Shown here: positions 39,212-48,700 of the stretch, piece by piece | How positions within the stretch are numbered: the first letter of the stretch is position 1 | How the letters are laid out: every line of letters starts with the position of its first letter | Virus record (IMG/VR): IMGVR_UViG_3300032401_001693 | Span: 1 to 64,000 of that record | Origin: a virus | DNA length: 64,000 bases | Direction: 5' to 3' (one strand) | Notes under the pieces: generated by a model | Seen by the model: only the letters and a program-made list of their open reading frames with translations | Told to the model about the DNA's origin: nothing | Database searches by the model: none | Program-made: the position numbers and the translations under genes

Positions 39212-39778
39212 ATGAACTACGTAATTCTAAAAAAGTCTGTGGAAGGAAAGGTAATAGAGTTTCTTGCTGACAATCCAAATCCACCTGATAAGAAGATTCA
39301 TGACTTGTCGGATAGGCTGAAGATTAAAACAGACAAGTTTGAGGCGAAGATCTATGGGGTGCTTAGTGATGTTATTGAGCATGGAAATGGAGTAAAAGCT
39401 GACCCAAAAGAGTTAGCTATGGGTATCAAAATAGAAATGGAGCATACTAAGTATCCAGAACTTGCTAAATACATTTCTTTGGCCCATTTGAAAGAGATAC
39501 CGGACTACTATACACGCCTTAAGAAGATGGAAGAGGAAGCAAAAAGTATTAATAAAGCAGTAAAAGATTCTAAAACTATTACGATAAAGTGTTCTAAGCA
39601 AGCTTCGGAAGATCTTATTAGATTATTAGAACATTTGAAAGTATGGGGAAATATAGGACATTCTGGTAGTATACTGGCTGATCCGCCCTATGGTATTAAG
39701 GTTCCTAAAGATGGTAAAATGTTTGGTTTCGATGGTGACGGTTCGTCAAAGATTTGGAGTATAAAAGAATCCGAATGA
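39212..39778 (+). CDS. MNYVIL-leader protein with DUF5661-like domain
   Basis: DPKELAMGIKIEMEHT...HLKEIPDYYTRL. Confidence 0.7.
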   Translation: MNYVILKKSVEGKVIEFLADNPNPPDKKIHDLSDRLKIKTDKFEAKIYGVLSDVIEHGNGVKADPKELAMGIKIEMEHTKYPELAKYISLAHLKEIPDYYTRLKKMEEEAKSINKAVKDSKTITIKCSKQASEDLIRLLEHLKVWGNIGHSGSILADPPYGIKVPKDGKMFGFDGDGSSKIWSIKESE

Positions 39779-41802
39779 ACTACGTAGTCTTAGAAAAAGC
39801 TAAACCATATTTTAGAACTCGTAAGGGAAAGAGGGAGTTTGTGAGAGGTTATGTTTCACGAGTTGCTGTTCTGCCAACTCCAGAGCAACAGGAGCAGGGC
39901 AAGACGGGGCTAATGGAGTATTTAGAAGCTGTAACTAAGATGTTTCCTAAAGAAGCTAAACGGGAAGGCCGTGAGTACTCCAGTGTTGAGGAGTTTGTTC
40001 TTAAGCATGGTAAGTTTTATACACCTAAGGAGCTTCCCAAAAATGTTCTAGAGGGTAAGGTAAAAGACTGTTATATGAATGCTTGGCATTTGGCTACGGA
40101 AAGAAAAGATCTGACCTATGTGGAGGGGTATGCAGCCAGTGTGATACCTGTTATGCACGCTTGGTGTGTAGACAAGCAGGGGAATGTTATTGATCCAACA
40201 TGGGGAACTGGTAAAGCATACTACGGTGTTCCTTTTACGACTGACTATATTATGAAGACTGCTATGAGAAGGAAGTATTTTGGGATTTTAGACAACTATC
40301 AGGAGGGCTATCCTCTTTTAAAGGAGAGACCAAAAGAGGGTGTGATAGAAAAGTCCTACCATGTTGTTATGGAAAAGGCTACTCAAACTGGGCATAAAGC
40401 CTATGCTAGGAGTGTTAAGGGTAAGCTTCAACAGATTAAGCCAAAGGGATTTGTAAGGAAGCCTATTCCTAAGCGTAGGGAGAATGTTGTAGAGACTGTG
40501 GTTAGAAGTCAAGCTAGGAGAAAGGCTGTTCAGAGAGAAGAACCTATGCCAGAGTTTGATCAAACTACTGATATGCTTTCTGAGGCAACCGAAAAGTTGA
40601 AAGAGCAGTTTGATATAGATAAAAAACATTTTGAAGGGACTATTTCTTATCAAGAGATTAAATCTCAGATGGATAAGAATCTGAAAGAGATAAGGACTGA
40701 GAATTCTAAAATTAGAGAAGTTTCTGGTTTTATGGATACCGATAATGCTAGGTCAATAGCTGCTAATATGAGAAATGAGTTAACAGTATATACTAAGTAT
40801 CTAGCAGGTGATTCTGTTGATCTTATGCATAAGTTTGTTAGTCTAACTGAGACTACTATTGAGAACGAGGATCTTAAAGGGATTGATGCTAAATATCTGA
40901 GCGACATGTGTGTAGATAGTATAAAGAAGCTGGTACACCAGGAGATAGAATCTAATAGGCAACAGTTTACTGACCACGGTGTTAGACATATAGTTAAGAA
41001 TATACTTAACCAGAAAGATATGTTAGATTTACTTCAATCTTCTGGAATAACTGTTTCTCCTAAAGATAGGCTTTTGGCTATTTTTGTTATGATAAATCAT
41101 GATGTTGGTTATACAACTCCAGTGATTAGAGGTGGTGGCATAGAAGGAATAAAGGCTACTAAGCAGCATGGTGTCTATGGTAAGAAAATAGCAGAAGAGC
41201 AAAAGGATTTATGGAATGTTGATAAGATATTTAGTGAGGAAGAGTATAATAGGGGGTTGGATATAATCGAAACCCATGATTCTGTGGATATGGATACTAA
41301 AGATCCTGTGGCTTTGACTACTAGGATTGCTGATAACTTGTCTCTATTCCAAAAAGAGAAACTTCCCTCAATGTTTGAGTATGTAGAAGGAGCAGAAAGG
41401 CTTCTAGTAGCGATGGGAGTGGCCGCTAAAAAAGACGAGAAAGAGGGATTTGAGAAATACAGAGATCAGTTGTACAAAAAAATAGATAAGGCTAAGTTCA
41501 GTCCAGCTTTAAAACGGGATTTAAAAGCTGGGTGTAAAGAAATTAGTTTCCTTACTCCTAAGTTTACGGTAGGTGTTTTAGCAGGTGAGATAAGTAAGAT
41601 AGGTAAGTCTGATAAGAGTCTTATCCAAGTGACTATAAAGCATAATAAGTTTGATGAAACATTACAGAAGCTCTTTGATGTGGGACAGCAGCAGGTAACG
41701 AAGCTACTAAAAGATTATGGTGAAACTGATTTCTCAAAGACTGAGTACCATTTAGGGAAGTATGGAGATAAGTCAATTTTGGAGTTAAAGGTAGAGAAAT
41801 GA
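39775..41802 (+). CDS. leader/arm protein: papain/transglutaminase-like domain plus HD domain
   Basis: MNYVVLEK|AKPYFRTRKGK; CYMNA..HAW..DPTW; DHGVRH..HDVGY..HD..ADN. Confidence 0.7.
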   Translation: MNYVVLEKAKPYFRTRKGKREFVRGYVSRVAVLPTPEQQEQGKTGLMEYLEAVTKMFPKEAKREGREYSSVEEFVLKHGKFYTPKELPKNVLEGKVKDCYMNAWHLATERKDLTYVEGYAASVIPVMHAWCVDKQGNVIDPTWGTGKAYYGVPFTTDYIMKTAMRRKYFGILDNYQEGYPLLKERPKEGVIEKSYHVVMEKATQTGHKAYARSVKGKLQQIKPKGFVRKPIPKRRENVVETVVRSQARRKAVQREEPMPEFDQTTDMLSEATEKLKEQFDIDKKHFEGTISYQEIKSQMDKNLKEIRTENSKIREVSGFMDTDNARSIAANMRNELTVYTKYLAGDSVDLMHKFVSLTETTIENEDLKGIDAKYLSDMCVDSIKKLVHQEIESNRQQFTDHGVRHIVKNILNQKDMLDLLQSSGITVSPKDRLLAIFVMINHDVGYTTPVIRGGGIEGIKATKQHGVYGKKIAEEQKDLWNVDKIFSEEEYNRGLDIIETHDSVDMDTKDPVALTTRIADNLSLFQKEKLPSMFEYVEGAERLLVAMGVAAKKDEKEGFEKYRDQLYKKIDKAKFSPALKRDLKAGCKEISFLTPKFTVGVLAGEISKIGKSDKSLIQVTIKHNKFDETLQKLFDVGQQQVTKLLKDYGETDFSKTEYHLGKYGDKSILELKVEK

Positions 41803-41977
41803 GTAGTGAGATTCTAAATTTTCTTATATTAGTAGTGAGTGTGCTTTTGAATGTAATTCTTATTGCTCTAACTATTCTAGCATTTCAGGCTTGGGAACAT
41901 ACTTTACTAGGTTTTGTATTTTTGACTGCGGTTTTTATGGTAACTTTTGGGATTTATAAGATGCTGGAAAGAGCTGG

Positions 41978-42511
41978 ATGAACTACGTAATATTAGAAAA
42001 ATCTCAGGTTAAAGGATTTACTAGGACTAGAAAAGGTAAGATGGAGAGAGTAAATCCTTTTTCAAGGAAGGGTGAGAAAAAAGTTAAATCTGTAGTTTTT
42101 CTTCATGGCACGACTACTGCTGTTTTGGAAAGTATACTGAAACATGGGTTAACAGCAAAGGCAGCAAGAATGTCTGTATTTATAGATACGAAACAGGGAT
42201 TTAAGAGAGGGGTATTTCTTACGTCCGATAGAAAAACTGCTGAGGCGTTTGCTTCTACGGCTTGGAGAGAGAAAGGAACCACATCGGTAGTTTTAGAGAT
42301 TAAGATTCCAGACGGCGAGAAATTGTATGGTGATCCTCCTCATAGTTCTAGGTTTCATGTAGGGAATATTCCGGCCTCTTGGATAAAAGCCTATTCTATA
42401 CAAAGTTCAGGCAGAAAATGGTCACGCACTCTTGTTAAGTCAAAACAGGAGCAAATTTTCTTTGTTCCTGTAGTTATTGTTAATACAAAGGAGAAAGAAA
42501 ATGATAAGTGA
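41978..42511 (+). CDS. leader/arm protein with ADP-ribosyltransferase (Tpt1/PARP-like) fold
   Basis: HGT....SILKHGL, GVFLTSD...A..FA, VVLEI, IPASWI. Confidence 0.65.
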   Translation: MNYVILEKSQVKGFTRTRKGKMERVNPFSRKGEKKVKSVVFLHGTTTAVLESILKHGLTAKAARMSVFIDTKQGFKRGVFLTSDRKTAEAFASTAWREKGTTSVVLEIKIPDGEKLYGDPPHSSRFHVGNIPASWIKAYSIQSSGRKWSRTLVKSKQEQIFFVPVVIVNTKEKENDK

Positions 42512-42715
42512 ACCAATTTTGACTGGAGACTGGAGCAACTGCGCAGTTATTCAACCTAAGAGATCTAGGATGAGGTGGTGTCCCACCTGCCAGGAACTGC
42601 ATGATAAAGGATCTTTTCTTAGATTTCATGGTAGCACAATGGGTTGTATGACAAAGGGTAGGAGTAAAGCTATGGCAAAGATAAAAGGTAGTAGCAAATA
42701 AAAGGAGGTAGATAG

Positions 42716-43123
42716 GTGGCAGAAAAAGTTTGGAGAGATGTAAGTATCGGGAAGGTTACAAGACCCATGTTGTGCCCAGATCTGGTAAGGCAGCGATGTG
42801 CGGTCGAATTTGTTACCGATCTAGGTATGAATGACTTTCCTTTTATGGAAGGCTATTTAGTTTCATTTCTAAAGGAGCTGAGTGTGGGTTTAGGAATGAA
42901 AATCTTCATGGGTCCAGTTGTAGGGAATGATCTGAATGAAGACACAAGGGAAAGTGGTCCTTCCGCATTTGTTGGTTGGACTACTAGTGGGGCTCAAGTT
43001 CATTGCTGGCCATTCAGAGGATTTGTCTCAGTGGACGTATACTCGTGCAAAAGATATAATGTAGAGTTGGTTTTGAATCTGATCAAGGAGTACTTTAAAC
43101 CTGTAGAATTGGTTATTTTTTAA
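42716..43123 (+). CDS. speD: S-adenosylmethionine decarboxylase-like proenzyme
   Basis: GPSAFV..TTSGAQVHCWP..GFVSVDVYSCK (TS replaces the canonical ES). Confidence 0.6.
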   Translation: MAEKVWRDVSIGKVTRPMLCPDLVRQRCAVEFVTDLGMNDFPFMEGYLVSFLKELSVGLGMKIFMGPVVGNDLNEDTRESGPSAFVGWTTSGAQVHCWPFRGFVSVDVYSCKRYNVELVLNLIKEYFKPVELVIF

Positions 43124-44184
43124 AGGAGGTGAGAGTATGAAGAAACTGGAAAAGAAGAATGAGGAGGTTGGTATTCTAAAGATTTTGAAGGAAACTCCGG
43201 AAAAATGGGTCAAAATAGACGTTGAGATGAGTGATTCTTTAGTAGCTGCATTGATAGGTTATGCTAGGGAGAGGATGACTGATGAGGACATAAAAGAATA
43301 TCTCATAAACTGGTCATTTATAGATATTCTGAAAAAGCAGATTGCAAGGGAGAAGAGAAAATGAAAAAGACGATAGTGATGCTATTTCTTATGTTGGGGA
43401 TTACTTTTATTTATAACCCTCAGACGAATGTCGGGTTTGTTTACATCAACGATGCAGATTTTAATGGGATCATTATGGTAGATACGTCTACCAATGTTTT
43501 GCGTTATTACAAGGCTGTAATTTTTCACGAAGAGCGGATGAACTTTGACAAGTGGCTACAGGATAAGGTTGATAAGGGATTTCCATTCAAGTCGTCTATT
43601 ATTCCGTTTGGGAGGCAGTATGAACAAAAAAGGTACTAAGCCAAAGAAAGAAGTTGTTGAGATGTCTAATGGAAAGAAAGTTCTTGGAGTCCAAGCCAGC
43701 CTGAAAAATTTACTAATCGCTACAGCATTGTTGTTTGGTTTCTTAGGTGGATTTTTCCAGGTTTATAGTTGGATAGATAATACATATCTTAGAGCCAAAC
43801 ATTTTCAGGAGGTTGATGCCCTTAGGAAGAAGTTTATAGAAAATGTTTCTGATAGACTGGATTTTAAGAGTGAAAGTGATCTTCTAAATGCCTGGTATAT
43901 TAGGTATTCTACGTTGGATAATCTTTTTAAGATGACACCAGATAGAAGCAAAATACCAGCAGAAACTATGGCAGAGTATAACGAGTTGCCAGGAAGGATA
44001 AAATTGCAGGAGTTGAAGGTAAAAGCACTGCAGGAGAAACTCTGTAAGTGAGGGTAAAAAATGGAAGAAAAATGCGCAGTATCTAATAAATGTACTCCAC
44101 TTTGTTCTGGATATAAAGAACGAGGGCAGTGTCCTGCTTGGTATCAGGCGGAGAAAAAGAAGAAGTGGGATAGGAAGAGGAAGG

Positions 44185-45061
44185 ATGAATTTCGTTATAC
44201 TAGAAAAAGCTCAAGTTCGAGTTAAACCCCATACTGCAACTATTAGGGGTAAAATAGTTCAAGTGAGGCAGTATACTAGGACTGATTCTAGGGAGAGGTC
44301 TTTGGATGAGAGGACTACTGGATTACTGGAGGTTGGGGCCTATCCAAAGCTGCCGGAAGAAAGGTAAACTGGATGATATTGAAAAGTTTAATGTTAAGGT
44401 TGCAAATGAAAAAATGACTAAAGAGAAAATACTTAATGCTTTTGTTTTAGATATACCTGATGCAGATAATGATGTGGGTATTAAAGCGGCATTTTGGGAC
44501 GAAAACGATCTAGATGTTCAGGTTCAGTATCGTGTTAATAGAAAACATGCAGGAAGGAGCCATCTATACATCTACTATGATCCAAAAATAGATGGGTATG
44601 TCTGTTCTTTCTCTCTTATGGAGCTGGAGGCAGGATTTCAATCTCAGGGTTATGGACACAAGTTTTTTAAGAGATTGGAAACTAATTTGAAATCTTGGGG
44701 TGTTAAAGAGATAAGGCTTTTTGCCGATCTGGATGTTGGTGGATATGCCTGGGCTAGGTTTGGGTTTGACTTTTTGAACGCTCAAGCAAGAAAGATGACA
44801 GTTAATGGGTTTATTAGAGTTCTAAATCTTGAGTATAACATTCAGGAGGATGCTGACAAGTTTAACCATCCTTGGGAAGTTGCAGTCTACAAAGGTCCCA
44901 ATGGAGAGCCGATAGGAAAGAAGTTTCTTTTGGGACAAACAAGGTTTATGACGGGCCATGATTGGTTGGCTAGTAAGACTTTAGATGAAAATAGTCTTGG
45001 TTGGAAAGTAGGAGAGGACTATGAAAGATCAAAAGCCAAAGTTGGGACCGCTACAGCATAA
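44185..45061 (+). pseudogene. leader/arm GNAT acetyltransferase split by a +1 frameshift near 44355
   Basis: 44185-44367 carries MNFVILEK|A; 44306-45061 carries FQSQGYG and GGYAWARFGF. Confidence 0.65.
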
Positions 45062-45290
45062 AAGCACAGACGATCGAAAGTTCCACGATCCAATAGACTC
45101 TAAAGCTGATGAGCTCTGGAGGAATAGAATCGCAAAATTGTCTGAGCCCAAATTGGTAATAATAGAAAAAGCTGGAAGAGTAAAAATGGGGCAAGAGGAA
45201 AAGAAAAGGCGGGGTAGGGCTAAGGCTATTGAGAAAAGGGCTGAGAAAAGGGAAGATATAGAGGCTTATGGAGAGGCGTTAGAAGATTAG
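45021..45290 (+). CDS. small protein overlapping the GNAT end
   Basis: SD GAGG; contains LVIIEK|A. Confidence 0.5.
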   Translation: MKDQKPKLGPLQHKSTDDRKFHDPIDSKADELWRNRIAKLSEPKLVIIEKAGRVKMGQEEKKRRGRAKAIEKRAEKREDIEAYGEALED

Positions 45291-45385
45291 AAATGAGTGT
45301 TTAACCTTTAATTAATTGAGGGTAAACTCTAAAGTATATGGTGGCCAGATATTTGCGTAAGAGCAGGTATTCACGGAGTTAGTGG

Positions 45386-45724
45386 ATGTGGATCAAGATA
45401 AGAAAACTAAATAAAGCTATTTATCCTGGAAATTTAGGTTTGGTAGAAATGCATCAGTTTGTCAAGGAAGCTCCTGTGGGTCAGGCTGAGAAGTTTGTTC
45501 AACTACTGAAACAGGATAAAACTAGAGAAGCTGTAAAAATGTTGGAAGAGTTCACAAAAAAGAAGTTCCATCCGTCTATTCATGGCCTAAATCTTTTGCC
45601 TTCTCATAAGGATCCCAAAAAGAAGAGATGGCAGCATGTACTTTTACAAAAAGCTAAACCATATACTAGAACTCGTAAAGGCAAGTTTGAGAGAGTAAAG
45701 GGCTATAACAAAGGCTTGGAATAA
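45386..45724 (+). CDS. arm-bearing small protein
   Basis: LNK|AIYPGNLG; LLQK|AKPYTRTRKGKFERVKGY. Confidence 0.6.
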   Translation: MWIKIRKLNKAIYPGNLGLVEMHQFVKEAPVGQAEKFVQLLKQDKTREAVKMLEEFTKKKFHPSIHGLNLLPSHKDPKKKRWQHVLLQKAKPYTRTRKGKFERVKGYNKGLE

Positions 45725-45771
45725 ACTAGCTAGAAAATTTCAATTTACATATATAGGAAATGAGAAAGTAG

Positions 45772-48700
45772 ATGCCTAGAATAAGAATTCCTAAAACAGC
45801 TATAACTGAACCTATAACCACAATTTATGCTGATCAAGTCACTCAAGCCGTCAGACAAAGACAGATGAGTAAGATCGATAGGGAATCTCTGCGCTTGATC
45901 ACGCGTATCGACGATGACATGAGAGATAGGTTAGGAGCTTTACTTCGGGAAGGTGTAGAGCAAGGTAGATCAGTTTCAGCCACTGCAAGTACCCTCTTGA
46001 AAACAGGTCTGGACAAAGGCACGTTTAGATCAGCCAGGCGCAGAGCTTGGATGATAGCAAAGACTGAGCTACACCGCGCACGAATGCTTGCTGCCCGAGA
46101 TGTTTATGAAGCTAATGGTATTGATTTAGTTAAATGGATTGGAATAGGAGATGAGCGTATCTGTCCGGTGTGCGGTAGGATGCATAATAGAGTTTTTCGT
46201 TTAAGAGATATAAGAGATGAGCATCTACCACCAGTTCACCCTAGGTGTAGATGCAGGGTCGTCCCAAGTGACATGCAAATGGATATAACAGTAAGACATG
46301 ATAGAGAGGGAAAAGTGGTAGAGTCGAAAGTGGCACCAAACCCGCATGATTATCTTTATGTAGTGAAGCTTAAGAAGGCTTTAGAAGACCTAATGAAAGC
46401 AGTTCAAGTTCGTGGGGAAGATTTAGTACAAGGAACTCCCTTATTCAAAGCTGATGATAATGAAATAGATTTAGAGAAGAGCGAATTTTCATCTACTCAG
46501 GTTAATCTACCTAAGGTGTTAGCTTCTAAGGTTTTGAATACTGTTAAACTTATAGATCCAGATGACCTACATCCTACAGAGAAACAAGATGACGCTCCAC
46601 ATATTACTGTTAGATATGGCATACTTCCAGAGGTTCCACCTAAGCATGTAAAAGAAATACTTGATCATCCAGGAAAGGTAAAAGCCAGTATTACTGGTGT
46701 AGATGTTTTCCAACCCGAAGACAAAGACTATGATGTTTTGGTTTTTAGGATTGATAGTCCAGATCTTAATTTGCTTAATGAAAAGCTAAAGCAACTGCCA
46801 CATGAAGATACTTATCCATTTTATCAACCTCATTCTACTATTGCTTATCTGAAGAGAGGACTTGGAAAAAAATATGTAAACTTAGTAACTGGTCTTGAGG
46901 GGGAAGAAATTGAGTTTGACACAATCAAGTTTTCTGATAAGGATTATAAAAAGGTTAGTATTGACTTAGAAAAGGCTTTTGGAGGGCTAGAGACGGAATT
47001 AGAAAAAGCCAGGCCCTACATCCGAACTAAAAAGGGAAAGTTAGAGCATGTAAAGGGCTATCCACATAGGCCACGACTATTTGATGTAAGTCCTGAGAAG
47101 AGAATAGAAAGGGCTTTGGAGCCTACCCGAGAAGATGTAAAAATGGTTAATAGGATCTCACATGAGATACACGCAATAGGTGGTAGAGCTCTAATAGTGG
47201 GTGGGTTTGTTAGGGATGCTTTACTAGGCAGACCAAGTAAAGATATAGATGTTGAGGTCTATGGTGTTAAACCAACCGAACTTAGGAGTGTTTTAGATAG
47301 GATAGGTAAGGTAGATGCAGTAGGTGCTTCGTTTGGCGTTCTAAAAGTATCTGCTCCAGAGATGGATGAGCCACTGGATGTTTCTATTCCTAGAAGAGAT
47401 TCTAAAGTGGGTACTGGCCACAAGGGTTTTATTGTGGAAGCAGATCCTGGAATGACTCCTAAAGAAGCTGCCCTTAGAAGGGACCTTACTATTAACTCCC
47501 TTGCCTATGATCCTATTACTAAAGAAATAATAGATGAGTATGGTGGACTTCAGGACATAAAAGATCGCAAATTAAGTGCTACCGATGATACTACTTTTGT
47601 GGAAGACCCACTTAGAGTACTTAGAGTGATGAGATTCTCTGCCCAGTTAGGGTTTAGTCCTACGGTAAAGTTGGCTTGGCTTTGTAGGAGTGTGGATTTG
47701 ACTAGCTTGCCTAAAGAGAGAATCTATGGAGAACTAGAAAAGACTCTAATGTCTAAGAATCCTAGTATTGGGTTAATGCTTACCAAGATATTAGGTATAA
47801 ATAAGATATTGCCAGAATTAGAGGATCTTAGAACCACAGAACAAAGTCAAGAATTTCATCCGGAAGGGGATGCGTTTCAGCATACTCTACAAGTGATCGA
47901 CTCTGCATCCAAACTAAAAAAGGGTTTCTCAGATAGATCAGATCGTATTGTCTTAATGTTTAGCGCACTTTGTCACGATATGGGTAAACCTCAGACCACA
48001 GAGACTACTGCTGAGGGTAAGATTATTAGTCATGGGCATGATGCTGTAGGGGCTGAGGTAGCTAGAAAGTTTATGGAAAGGTTGACTAATGAGAATGATT
48101 TGATTGATCGAGTAGAGATTCTAGTGCGTTCACATATGGCGCCTACCAATCTATACCAAGCTAAAGCAGGAGATTCAGCTATTCGTAGATTGGCTAAAAA
48201 AGTTGATATACCTATGCTTGTCGCACTATCAGCTGCAGATAAGAGGGGACGTGATATAAAGGTTGATCTAAAGGCTGAGAGTTGGTTAATGAAGAAATAT
48301 AGGACCCTACTGTTAAATAGACCTGAGACTTTAGAGGCAAAAGTAAGGGGTAGGGATTTGATACCTTTAGGAATCCAACCAGGTCCTGATATGGGCAGAT
48401 TACTGAATAAGATTTATTCAGCTCAGTTGGATGGTAAGTTTGAAACTATGGAACAGGGATTGGACTATGCTCGTCAACAGGGATGGCTGGTGAAGGGGTT
48501 ATTTGGATATGACATAAATAAAGCAGTTCCGGTGAAAGGGTTTACCAGAACTAGAAAAGGTAAGAGGGAGATGGTTAAACCACATACTAGGACTGCTAAA
48601 CAAAAGATGACTGCTCTTGAGGCTTTTGTAGGTGGGGCAGTTCCAAAGAAGGGTTGGCAGAAAGAGGAGGCTGATAAATTCCTAGAAGAAGTTAATCCTA

